NCBI RefSeq assembly: GCF_009914755.1
Contig: NC_060930.1
Reading direction: 5' to 3' (one strand)
Length of the DNA stretch: 64,000 nt
Source of the DNA: the human T2T-CHM13v2.0 reference genome, Homo sapiens
The position numbers and the translations under genes are program-made. The notes under the pieces were generated by a model. It did not search any database. It had not been told where the DNA came from and saw only the letters and a program-made list of their open reading frames with translations. Below are positions 27,131-45,899 of the stretch, one piece after another. Within the stretch, counting starts at the first letter, position 1; every line of letters starts with the position of its first letter.

Positions 27131-28101
27131 TCTGAACCATGTTCTCTCCTGGCCTTCCTTGCCAACCCATGCTCATATACCTCAGAAGCATACCATATGG
27201 AATCTTCTGGTTCCGACTTTTTTAACCAAGCCTAAAATCTGGAATATTCATTCATGTTATGAAGAGTATCAAAAATTTGTATCTTTTAGCAAATAAAATA
27301 GTCATTTGTCTGAATCTACCACATATTTTCATCTCTTCTCATGCTGTATAATGTCATATTTATTTGGATAAATTACATTCAAAGACATATTTTGAGTTCA
27401 GTGTAACATTTTACTACTAAAGAATATCCCAGTAAACACCCTGAAATCAATACAGTTAAGTTGTGTAAAGCTTCTCTTAAAAGAATGGTGGTATATAAAC
27501 TATTCACAAAGTAATAGATTATTTTATTCTTGAAACAAATAAACTCTTGTACTTAACACTGTATTCTTTAATGTTATATTTTATTCACAGTGTGACTTCA
27601 TATTAAGAATTTCTCTACTCAAATTAAGAGGGAAATAAATTTATGTTATTATTAAAATGCATCAATATTTTATTTTGTTAAAGGGAAATTCACTAACATT
27701 AACAGCCAAAGCAGGTGAATTATTCCATGATTGACACATTTTTGTACTAATCAGATTATCATTGGGTCATTCAGCACCTCTCATTTTCAAGGTTACCTTC
27801 AGACTTCCATTAAGGCACCTGATGAATTTCATACTGAGAATACTTTGGCTAGTTTTATCAGAAAAAAATATTAAACTGTGTACTCTTATTTGTTCAATTT
27901 TTCACTCATTTGCTTATCAGTTCTCTGCATATTGCCTCACACAATTTGATGCAAAATTGTGAAGTGGTGAGTTGTGCTTCTCTGTCTTTTAATGTCTGCT
28001 TAAATCCTTTTAAAGGGATTTGGTTACTATCTTCACTGAATTATTTCTGCTAAAATCATACTTTCAGTTTGCTAAATAGGACTTTTTCTACTTGTATTTT
28101 T

Positions 28102-28127
28102 CTCTCTGTGTGCATATGCGTGTGTGA

Positions 28128-28158
<31 letters not shown>

Positions 28159-28161
28159 TGT
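28102..28161. repeat. (TG)n microsatellite
   Basis: tgtgtgtg run. Confidence 0.85.
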
Positions 28162-28479
28162 TTAGGTAAATCATATTCAATAATTTATATTTAGTCTTCC
28201 TAATAAAATTTTGCATGTCTTTTTTAAAAACTCTTTCTACCAGGAAAATAAATCAAGTAATGAGCTGTGTCCAGTTAAGTACGAGAAGACCCATTCTCCA
28301 TCAAACTTTCTAATTTTATATTTTACTTCTACCTTCTCTTTAACAGGGGTAGATGATTTTAAATTATGAACTTATTACTAATTATTCATATGATTAACAA
28401 TATTATAATATAATCTATGTAGTCAAAGTATTTTGGATATTTGGTGGCTGTACATATTATTTGAGTAAATATTTTATTT

Positions 28480-30015
28480 TACTTTTAAACACTTTTATTG
28501 AGGTATAATTGAAATCCAAAGAGTCATACATACTTAATTTATGCAACTTGATGAGTCTAGAGACAAGTATAAACCTATGAAACCATGACCAAAATCTATG
28601 CCATAAACATATCTGTCATCTATTTACACCCTGTTTATTTATTGTTATTATTATTTTTTTGTGTGATTAGAATACTTAACAAGATCCACAGTCTTAGTAA
28701 TGTTTATATATACAATACAATATTGTTGACTATAGACACTATGCTTCATCGTAGACCTCTAGGATTTATTCATCTTGCATAAGTGAAACTTTGTACTCTT
28801 TATGTAATATTACCCTATTTCCCTTTCCTTCCACCCCCGGTAGCCACCTTTCTATTATACGCATCGATTTGTTTGACTATTTCAAAGTTATCATAGAAGT
28901 GGCATTATGTAGTGTTTGTTTTACCATTACTGGTTTATTTTACTTAGCATAACCTCTTGAAGTTCATCCATATTGTCACAAATGGCAGGATTTCCTGCTT
29001 TTACAAAGCTGAAAAATATTCCACTGTACATATATACCAAATTTTCTGTATCCATACTTCTGCCATGAACATTTATGTGGCTTCCATATCTTTTTTATGT
29101 AAGTAACACTGTAATTAATATGGGAATACAGATACCTCTTTGAGATTCTGGTTGTAGTTTCTTTGCATATATACTCAGAAGCAGAATTGTTAGATAATAC
29201 AGTAGTCCTATTTTTAATTTTTTGAGGAACTCCATACTCTTTTCCACAGAAGCTTCAACATTTTATATTTCCAACAACAGTGTAAATGGTTTTACTTTCT
29301 TCGTATCTTTGATATCACTATTTTGGTAATAGCTATTCTAATGAGTGTGAGATGAGAGCTCGTTTTGCTATTGATCTACATTTCCCCAATGATTAGTGAT
29401 AGGGAGCATCTTTTTATATAACTATTGGTCATTCTATATCTTCTCTGAAGTAATATCTATTCAAGCCCTTTGTCTTGTTGTTTGTTTTCTATTGAGTTGT
29501 AGAGAAGTGTCTTACATATTTTGACTGTTAATCCTTTATTAAACATATGGTTTGCAAATATTTTTCCCATTTCATGTTTTTCTTTTTCTTCTGTTGATTG
29601 TTTCCTTTGCTGTAGGGAAGCTTTTTAGTTTGATAAATCCCCACTCATCTGTTTTTACTTTTATTGATTGTGCTTTTGGTGTCATATTCATACATCATCA
29701 TAGGGCCAATGTTAAGAAGATTTTCCCCTGTGTTTTCTTCTAGGAGTTTTATGTTTAAGTCTTTAATCCATTTTTAGTTAAATTTTATGTACAGTGTAAG
29801 ATAGGAGTTCAGCTTTATTCTTTTGCGTGTGGATATACACTTTTCCCAACAACATTTATTGAAGAGACTATCTTTACCTTTTGTGTATTCTTGGTACCCT
29901 CACCAAAGATTAGTTTACTGTATGTGTGTGTTTATTTCTTGGCCCTCTATTCTGTTCCATTACTATGTGCCTGTCTTTCTGTATTTATGCCAGTATTTTT
30001 CTGTTTTAATTACTG
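28480..30015 (-). mobile_element. L1MA-type 3' portion
   Basis: Reverse L1 3'UTR and ORF2 end (ttttattgaggtataattga..., ttttcccaacaacatttattgaagagact). Confidence 0.88.
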
Positions 30016-30320
30016 ATGCTCACTCTCACATAGTACAGGAAATCCTAGCCAAAGTAAATAGACAATTAAATAAATAAAATGCATCCAAATAAGCAAGAAA
30101 AACTAAATTATCTATGTTTGCAGACGACATGATTTTATATGTAGAAAATACTAAAGACACACACACACACACACACACATAAACCTGTCAGAACTAATAA
30201 ATGGTTTCCATAAGCTTACGGGAAGCAAAATCAACAGAAGAAAATCAGTTGCATTTCTGTGCAATATCAATGAGCATCTAAAAAGAAAATTAAGAAAAAA
30301 TTCCACTTATAATAAAATAA
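30016..30320 (+). mobile_element. L1 ORF2 RT fragment in opposite orientation to the adjacent L1 (probable 5' inversion)
   Basis: catagtacaggaaatcctagcc...TTTGCAGACGACATGATTTTATAT (FADDMILY); contains a (CA)n tract. Confidence 0.8.
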
Positions 30321-30532
30321 TATTGTACAAAACTGTTACAAAATCATTCTTAGAAATGTTTACCAATGCCCCAAAACACATATTCTATTTACCTCTGAAA
30401 TCTTGGATATTATTCATGAACTTTGGGTTTACCAAGGCCAACCCTTCCATCTATTCACCATCCTTATGACTATGAAAGCCACTGAGATGGCAGAAGCATA
30501 GAAGCTGGAGAAAGAAACCATGAGTTAGCTCT

Positions 30533-30900
30533 TGTATTAGTCTAGGTAGACTAACTATTATAAAATCAATACCTAACATTCAGAAATTTTATGAAATAGA
30601 AATTTCTCACTTGAGCCTCAGTCTCATACAGTTTGGAGAGTTTTCAGGACATAGCCATTTATTGATCTTGACTCCTTTTTTCATGTGATTATTTCACTTG
30701 TAGAGCCTCCTCCTTCTCTGTGTTTAACCTGCAGATGGGGAGAGTGTTTCGGGACGAGCACTACAGACTACTTTGGGGCCCAGAAATGCCATATATTACT
30801 TCTTCCCATATTCTTTGGGACAGAATTTAGTCACATGATATTCTGATATAAATGTATCTAGTAATAGAAAAACTTCAGCACCTTTTATTGGGGAAGATGG
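30533..30900. mobile_element. Old MaLR (MLT1-type) LTR
   Basis: tgtattagtc start; ttacttcttcccatattctttgggacagaatttagtcacatg motif. Confidence 0.5.
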
Positions 30901-31263
30901 TAACAAAAATCTTTAGATTTTCTACACATAGAATGAAACTACATAAAGTCATATTTTTACAGCCCTTTAATGTGTCAAAAGTAAATGTTTAACATTGTCT
31001 GTCCAAATAGTAGAGACATTAAAGCACATAAATCCCTTTTTTATGGTTAAATGCTTCCACTGATATTTGATAGGTAAGATTTGTATAAGTTACGTAAATT
31101 ATCTGTTAACACAGACATCTCTCTAAAGCCAGAGTTCAAATGTTTGAATCGATTCAATGCTTTGAAGGCATTTTTCTCCTTCATCAAGCCACTAAGACAA
31201 TATACCACTTTTCTGACTGCATCATTTAAAATAAAATATGTCAATAAGAAAAGTAAAATTTCT

Positions 31264-34986
<3,723 letters not shown>

Positions 34987-36742
34987 TTATAATAATTTAA
35001 ATCATAATAGTACTAATTTTAGACAGGCTTCTGACTTGATGATGGATGATGTTGTTTTGTGATTTTTTAATAGATAATTTGAACTAGTTCTTAGTGAAGA
35101 AATTAAAGAAGAAACTCACTAAATGACATAACCAAGCTATTTAATGCTATTTAATTAATTTTAATTTAATGCTACCAAGCTATTATTGCCTAGATAGAGT
35201 TCTAAATTCTATGAATTATGAAAATTAGTACTGGTACCAATAAAATAAATATAATTTAAATTTTAGCTTTCTCATATATTTTATAAAATTACAATTGCTA
35301 TGATCACTGAATGTGCCATTCATATAAATGTGTCTTGGGCTGAACACACCATAAAGAAACAGATTATTTGCCTTATGTATATCTTAAAATGTGGAAATGT
35401 CTTATTCACAAAGGTTTTCATAACTATTTCCTCCCTAGAGAGCTCTTCTACTATTTAACTACACAAATTTAATGTTTGAACATCAGTTACTTCCGCTGAG
35501 TTTCAAGTCAGGCATTTGTTTAGTTTCTACCTAGAAATTATATTTTCACTGGTGTTTTGTAAATTGCTAAATACTGTATTCAATGATCTTTATGTATTTT
35601 GATATTTTAGCAGCCTCTTCTCAGGTAAGGTCCATGTTCTAAAATGGATTAACATGATTTTTTTTTCTAGGTGAAGAAAGTCCCCTTTTTTTCAGATTTT
35701 AATCTTATGTATTTAACTTTGAAGAAACAAAACAAAACAAAACAAAAAACACCCTTTACTGTCTTTGTAATTTCCAGAGGTAAAAGCTTTAATTCTATAC
35801 TATAGGTCATATTGGAGGGACACTCTGTACTTGAATTTGACAGCAGTAGAATGATATTCCTTGGGAAATTTAATTAAAAAGTTGAGATTATAAAGAACTT
35901 AATGGCATTTCTCATCAAAATATTTCCAATCACTTTTAACTCACTAATTCTTATAGCACTCATGGGTTGTAATTATGCACTCAAGAATATTCTGCATTTG
36001 AGCTCTGATCATGGTCATTTGTAAGATCTTTTTATCTACCGCAAAGTAAATGTTTGTGATTGTACAATTAATTTAGATTAATTTACATCCACATATTATT
36101 TTTCTGATATGTGTGTGATGCTATGTTAAGTTGAAAAAAGGACATGGGACTAAAAATAAAACAAATTTGTGACATTTCTGGTCTTTAGGTTTCGACCTTG
36201 CACTGACTCATAAACTCTCACATGTCATATCTGTGTTTTATTATTTTTTAAAGGAATAGATACTAAAGATAATGAATTTGGCATTTATAAGGAAAATAAG
36301 ATGTCTAGATCCTGGTAACTGAATGTGACAGAAACTGTGGTGATAGCAAATCCCAGGAAGGCCCATGTTCAAATACATCCCTTCTATATTCTACCAATAG
36401 AAATCTTATCAGATTAATAAACTGTCAAGAAGCAACGATACCGTGGGTGACATTTTGGTCCTTTAAAAATTAATATAAACTGTCTTAATATGATTACTTT
36501 ATTTGGTTTTGAAATAACACCACATTCATGGGGTAGAGTGGGCTGAAGTCATCAATATTGATTTAATGATTGACTGAAATCTATAATAGTTTATTGATAG
36601 TTCAAATAATACAAAGACTTACTTTGCAGCTAGATGGGCAATCAATTGGGGGAATAAAAACAACAGGAAAAACACAGATGAGGAGAAGTATATTAAAAAA
36701 TACTGAAGGTATCAACCCTTTGCTTCATGTAACATTTTACAT

Positions 36743-37457
36743 GGAAAAGGTTAGTACGCTACCCTTGGTAAAGGTTAGTACGCTACCCTTGGTAAAGGTT
36801 AGTACGCTACCCTTGGTAAAGGTTAGTACGCTACCCTTGGTAAAGGTTAGTACGCTACCCTTGGTAAAGGTTAGTACGCTAACCTTGGTAAAGGTTAGTA
36901 CGCTAACCTTGGTAAAGGTTAGTACGCTAACCTTGGTAAAGGTTAGTACGCTAACCTTGGTAAAGGTTAGTACGCTAACCTTGGTAAAGGTTAGTACGCT
37001 AACCTTGGTAAAGGTTAGTACGCTAACCTTGGTAAAGGTTAGTACGCTAACCTTGGTAAAGGTTAGTACGCTAACCTTGGTAAAGGTTAGTACGCTAACC
37101 TTGGTAAAGGTTAGTACGCTAACCTTGGTAAAGGTTAGTACGCTAACCTTGGTAAAGGTTAGTACGCTAACCTTGGTAAAGGTTAGTACGCTAACCTTGG
37201 TAAAGGTTAGTACGCTAACCTTGGTAAAGGTTAGTACGCTAACCTTGGTAAAGGTTAGTACGCTAACCTTGGTAAAGGTTAGTACGCTAACCTTGGTAAA
37301 GGTTAGTACGCTAACCTTGGTAAAGGTTAGTACGCTAACCTTGGTAAAGGTTAGTACGCTAACCTTGGTAAAGGTTAGTACGCTAACCTTGGTAAAGGTT
37401 AGTACGCTAACCTTGGTAAAGGTTAGTACGCTAACCTTGGTAAAGGTTAGTACGCTA
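36743..37457. repeat. 24-bp palindromic minisatellite/VNTR, (GGTAAAGGTTAGTACGCTAACCTT) x ~29.8
   Basis: 29 full units plus a 19-nt partial unit; first 5 units carry CTACCCTT, the next 24 are identical. Confidence 0.98.
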
Positions 37458-37649
37458 TTGAAATCTACAATATGTACTGTCAACTTTTAAAATTCCATTA
37501 ATTTAGAATGTAGCAGAATTTAAACTTCTCCAGTTTAAATAAGTCTATAGTCCAGGCTAGCTCAATACAACTTCTTTAGTACTGTCCATAGTCTTGCTGG
37601 CCAATCCTCATCCTTTCTTCTAAGAGATAAGGATATAGAACAACTAACA

Positions 37650-37850
37650 TAATAGCTAATATTTTAAGTACATAATGAATAAAAGGGAGTATGGTAAACA
37701 ACTTGATCTTCTTGGGTAGGTAGTATTACTATTTTTACCCACTGTACATATGAACAAAATAAGTCTTATAAAGGTTGTTTAACTTTTCCTTGATCACATC
37801 ACTAGTGAGAGCTAGATTTAGGATTCGAAGATTGTCTAATTTTAGATTTG
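37650..37850 (-). mobile_element. MIR fragment
   Basis: tagtattact...cccactgtacatatga...ttgatcacatcactagtga...ggattcgaa. Confidence 0.6.
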
Positions 37851-39049
37851 TCATCTCCTGTGAATCTCCAACTGTGTTTCATGAACCCAGCAGGATCATC
37901 AGTATACATATCTTTAGTGATTTTGTAAATTCTTTATGAAATGTTTGAATTTTGTGAGGCTTTTCAGTAATTACATAGATGTACATATAAATTTTAGATC
38001 ATCTGGGTAACCACTTCAAAAGGGAAAACTACTGCTTCAGGTCAATATGCATTTTCATCCGTACTTAAAATATATTTAGCATCAAGTGCTCCTGTATCTA
38101 TTGTGAAGAAATATTGTAGAGGAGGAAAAAAAGTGAACATAATCAACAAGTGTTCATCTAAATATGTAAGTAAAGTTGCACATTGTATTATAATGAAATA
38201 GATAACTGTTAAAGAAGAATTCAAAGACAATATAACATGCCAAACTCAGAAGAACATTTAGTTTCAGTTAATATCACATTACAGCTCTCAGTTGCAGCTC
38301 TGTTTGAGAGCTGTAATACATTATATATCACATTATACTGATAAAAATAATTTGAAATTCTTTGCTTTTAGATTTGTTTTGTATGTTTATATATGTATAT
38401 ATTATATATGAAACATATTTTTATATATGAATGAAATGTATATAGTTGAATGAGAGCTAAAATGTCATTACATTTAATTTTATCTGATGTAATAAAGTGA
38501 CAATAAAATTTAAAGATTTTTTTTAAAATCTGAACATTATTCAAAGTTTAGAAGCACTCATCTGTAAAGTCCAGCTTCACATACATTCTCCAATTTTCTA
38601 CTTTTGCTTTATTAGTATTATTTTTTGATTGAGACATAATTCATCTCCACAGCTGCTAGCAATTTTCTTAAAATGTAACCCAATAAGTGATGTGAAGTTA
38701 TATGAAGGCAGCAAAATTTTAAAATCCAATAAATAATGAAGAAAATAATGACACTGAAAGCATGTTATTAATACCTTTTTTTGACATACTCTTCTAGAGT
38801 AAGACTTCTGGCAATGTTTTTAAATAGATAAAATGAAAATTGCTGTATGTGTGGTATAATACATCTGCCTGCAAGGAGCTCATTTAAATGTAGGGTTTTT
38901 TTACTAAAAATGCAAGCATTCAAATAAGGCAGTATAATGAGATGTATGAACTGTCTCATAGTTAATATACATATGATTAAGAAATTATTTTTTAAGAGCA
39001 TACTCTACAGTCATGGTTCTATTTCTTCACATTCACTTCTATTTCCCAC

Positions 39050-41170
<2,121 letters not shown>

Positions 41171-42154
41171 TCATATTCATTCAATATGTAAATGGATAAA
41201 TTAAACATGCTGCATGTCTTGAGTGAAAAACTATTAATCCTCAAAGATAATCACAAACTCTGTAGAAAAGTTCTTAATTTTAATGGACTGTGTCTGGCTT
41301 TTACTCTTTTGTTTGTGTATCTTCTCAAGACCCAGCCGAGTGTACTTACTCTTCTTTGTGCAGAATGAATATTAGGATTCATCTTTATGGGAAGGGCTTT
41401 ATACTTATGAAATGGCCCAGTAGCATAAAAACCTGTAATATAAATTCCTCCATTAACAGAGGTTGTCAGGAAGAGTAAAATCAGTACTAATACTTAATTC
41501 ATGGCATACAATTTATGTTTTTCTTCTCACTGCTTATTTTAAATCTTATTTCATAACAATAAACATCTTTTTTATTATTTTAGTATAAATCCTTAAATGT
41601 ATATTCATCATAAAAATATGTAATTATGGTTTATGAGGGAATGTACTTAGAATTTATACCAACTTTATAAAATCTACTCCACCTTAAATAATAATGCTCT
41701 TATTTCTTCTGCTTTCACTGAAGGCTTTTTTTCTTACCAAATGTTTACATTGTATGTATCAATTGTTACTTTTGATGGAAGCATAGACTTACATTGTGTT
41801 GAATCAAACTCAATTATATTTTACTTAGACATTCAAGAAGGGTGCTTATCATTCCCACTAACTCATATAGAACTGAAATGAATATCCTTGAATAAAATAT
41901 CTTTAGAGCTTCTTGTGAAAGTTTCATTGGCATGTTAATTCAAGAGTGCGATTTCTGGGTTTCGGTACATTCACAAGTTAATTTAATGGTCTGCCAGATT
42001 GCTGTCTAGAATGGCTGTACAAAATTGCCTTGCCTTCACTCTTCCTGTGAATTCTTTTTTTTTTTCAATTTTTTCAACAAAATTTCCAACTTACCTTTTT
42101 GCTTTTCCAAATTGTTGAATTAAAGAACATCTACTTCTTTTAGCAGACATTTTG

Positions 42155-45100
42155 TTTAATAGACATTGATTTTTAGAGCAATTTTAGGTTCACAGAAAAA
42201 TTTAATGGAATGTACAGATAGTTCCCATAAACCCTCTGCTCCACACATGTACTGCCTCTCTCGCTGTTGACACCCTATGCCACAGTGCTACATTTGTTAA
42301 CAACTTATAAACTTTAATTACCACATCATTATCACCCAAAATTTATGGTTTACATTTGGGTTCACTCTTGGTGTTGTACATTCTTTGGGTATTATTGATA
42401 GATGTATAATGACATGAGTCTTACAATATAGTATCATACAAAATTGTGTCATTGCCCTAAACATTTTGTATTCTGCTTATTCATCCCTTCCTTTTCCCTA
42501 ACCCCTGGCATCTGATCTTTTTACTGTTGCCATAATTCTGCTATTTGCAGCAAGTCCTATTTTTGGAATCGTACAGTATACAACCTTTCCAGACTGACTT
42601 ATTTCACTTAGTCACTTAAGGTTTCTCCATGCCTTTTCATGGCTTGATAGGTTATTTCTTTTTAATGCTGAATAATATTTCATTGACCAGATGTACCACA
42701 TTTTATGTATATATTCTCATAACGAAGAACACTGTGGTAGCATCAAAGTTTGGGGAATTTTGAATAAACTGTTACAAACTTCCATGTATGGGTTGTTGTA
42801 TGGACCCAACTTTTTAACACTTTTGGATAAATACAAGGAGTGTGGTAATTGGATTGTATGGTAAGAGTATGTTTAGTTTTTTAAGAAACTTCCAAACTGC
42901 CTTACAAAGTAGTTGTATAATTTTACACTTCCATCAACATTGAGTGAGAGTTTCTTTTGTTCCATATCTTTACCAGCATTTGATGTTGTGTTTGTGTTTT
43001 TATTTTAACCCCGCTAATAGATGTTTAGTGGTATTTCATGTTTTCATTTGCAATTTCCTAATTCCATATAATATAGAACACCTTTTTATATGCTTATTTG
43101 CCATCTGTATCTCTTCTTTGATAAGGTGTTTATTCAGGTATTTTGCCCATTTTTTAATTGGGTTGTTCATTTGCTTACTGTTGGATTTTAAGTGGTTTTT
43201 TTTTTAATGTATGATAGGTGATGTTCTATTATCAGTTGTGACTTGTGAAAAATATTTTCTCACAGTTTGTGGCTTGCCTGATCAAGCTCTTTACCAGATC
43301 AAAAATTTTAAATCCTTAATTCATTTAACTTATCAGTTATTTCTTTCATGGATTTTGCCTTTGGTATTGTATCTAAAAAGTCATTACCATATCCAAGTTC
43401 TTCTAGAATTTCTTCTATGTTATCTTCTAGGAATGTTATAGTTTTGAATTTTACATTTAGATTGGTGATCTATTTTTAGTTCATTTTTGAAAAGAGAACA
43501 TAGTCTGATATTATTTTTTGCAGCATATGTCTAGTTAAGTTTCAGCACCGTTTGTTGAAAGATTATGTTTTCTCCAATGTATTAACTTTGTTCTTTGCAA
43601 CAGTCAATTGACCATATTTCCACAGATCTATTTCTGAGCTTTCTATTCTATTCCTTCGATCTGTTCATGTATTCTTTCCCAATATACTGTTCTGAATACT
43701 GTAGTATCATAATAAGCCTTAAAGTTGGATAGTGTCAGTCATCCAACTTTATTCTTATTTATCAATATTTTATTGGCTCTTTTGTGTCTTTTGCCCCTCC
43801 ACACAAACTTAAAAATGAGTTTGTTGATTATTACAAAATAACTTTCTGGTATTCTGATTGAGTTCATGCTGAATCTATATATCAACTTGGGAAAAAGAGA
43901 TATCTTGACAATAATGTCTCCTGTCCATGAAAATGGAATATCTCTTCATTTATTTAGCCTTTTTTGACTTCTTATATTAGAGTTTTGTAGTTTTTCTCAT
44001 ATAGATCTACTAGATATTTTGTTAGATTTATACCTAAGTGTATCTTTTATGGGAGTACTAATGCAAATGGTATATATATATTTTTAATTTCAAAATCAAC
44101 TTTTTTATTGTTGAGCTATAGGAAAGCTACTGGCTTTTGTATACTAACCTGTATTTTGTAACTCTGCTATGGTGACTTATTATCCCCAGGATTTTTTGTT
44201 GTTGTTGATTTTTTTGGAGTTGCTACATAGCTGATAATGTCATCTGCAAATAAAGAGAGTTTTCTTCTTTTTACTTTCCAATACAAGCACCTTCTTTTTT
44301 TCTTGCTTTATTACATAACAAGGACTTCCTGAACAATGTTTAAAAGCAGTCATGAAAGGAGACATTCTTGCCTTGTTTCTGATCTTAGTGAGAAAGCTTT
44401 GAGCTTCTTATCATTAAGTAGGCTGTTAGCTATAGACTTTAAAACAATATTATTTATAAAAACAAGGAAGTTCACTTCTATTCCTAGTTTACAGAGGCTT
44501 TTTATCATAAATGGGGATTCTGTCAAATGTTGTCAAATGATTTTTCTGCATCTGTTGATATGACCTTGTAAGTTTTTTCCCTTGCCAATTGACCTAATTG
44601 ATTTTTACATATTGAACCAGACTTGCATACATGGGATATCTCCCACTTAGTTGTGGTATATAGTTTATTTTATATATTGTGGCATTTGATTTGATAACAC
44701 TTTGTTAGGGATTTTTGCATTGGTGTTCATGAGTGATACTCATCTACAGTTTTATTGTAATGTCTTTGTCTATTTTGGCTATTAGAGAAATGCTATCCTG
44801 ATAAAAATGAGTTAGGGAGTATTTCCTCTGCTACTAGCTTCTGGAAGAGATATAGGTAACTAGAATAATTTCTTCCTTAAATATTTGGTAGACTTTACCA
44901 GCAAAGTAATATGGGACTAATGCTTTCTGTGTCAGAAGAGTATTCATTCAATTAATTTACTATAGATAGGCTTACTTTTTTGTGGTTGTGAGCTTGTTGG
45001 GTTGTGTCTTTCTTGGAATTGGTCTATTTCATGTAGGTTATAAAATTTGTAAATATAGAATTCCTCATGTTGTTTCTTTTTTACCCTTCTGATGTTAATA

Positions 45101-45690
45101 AAATCTGTAGTGATGCTTTTTTATTTTTGATACTGTGTCTTCTGTATTTTGTTTTTAGCCTTGCTACAAGCTTATAAATTTTTGATTTTTTAAAAACACC
45201 ACTTTTTGGGTTCAATTGATTTTCTCTTTGTAATTCAATTGATTTCTGTTTGAATTTTATTTATTATTCATTTTCTTATACTTACTTGAATCTAATTTCT
45301 TCTACTTTTTCTTGTTTCTTAAATTTGAAGCTTCAAGTACTGATTTTTATATTGTCTTTTTTTCTTAATATGCATCCAATGCTATTAATTTTCCTCTAAG
45401 CACTGCTCTGGCTGCGTTCCCCAGTATTTTATAAGCTGCATTTTTATTTCCATCCAGTTCAAAATACTTTAAATTTTTTATTAATTTTTCTAAATTTGAC
45501 CCATGTATTGTTGTGATGTATGCTGTTAAATGTCTTAAAAATTTGGAGATTTTTCCAATCGTTTTTCTGTTATTGATCTGTAGTTCAGTTCTATTCTTGT
45601 CTGAGAACAGATATTGTATGATTTCTATTTTTGTAAATTTGATTATTGTTAAAACGATTTATTTTCTGGCCCAGAAAGAGGTCTATCTTT
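42155..45690 (-). mobile_element. L1MC1-like element, ~3.5 kb 3' portion
   Basis: ttaatagac...ttttagagcaattttaggttcacag 3' end; reverse ORF2 motifs (atgtcatctgcaaa = FADDI). Confidence 0.88.
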
Positions 45691-45696
45691 GCACAT

Positions 45697-45899
45697 CTTT
45701 CCTTTTCACGTTTTTCTGCCTGCTTTCTATTCACTGGAAGCTGACTAGATTGTACCCACCAGATTAAGGGTGGACCTGACTTCCCCAGCCCACTGACTTA
45801 AGTGTTAATCTCTTTTGGCAACACCCACAGAGACATACCCAGGGTTAATACTTGTATCTGTCAATCCAATCAAGTTGACACTCGGTATTAACCATCACA
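45697..45899 (-). mobile_element. MLT2A1-like (HERV-L) LTR, 5' ~200 bp only
   Basis: Reverse of TGTGATGGTTAATACCGAGTGTCAACTTGATTGGATTGA...CCACCCTTAATCTGG. Confidence 0.88.

Noticed and set aside
36743-37457. CRISPR array or telomeric repeat (palindromic units; GGTTAG resembles TTAGGG)
   Set aside because: No unique spacers, no cas genes, eukaryotic context; units are head-to-tail and contain no TTAGGG runs
36570-37490. 306-aa ORF as a real protein-coding gene
   Set aside because: TTG start; its length comes entirely from a stop-free 24-nt tandem unit; no domain, splice or promoter evidence
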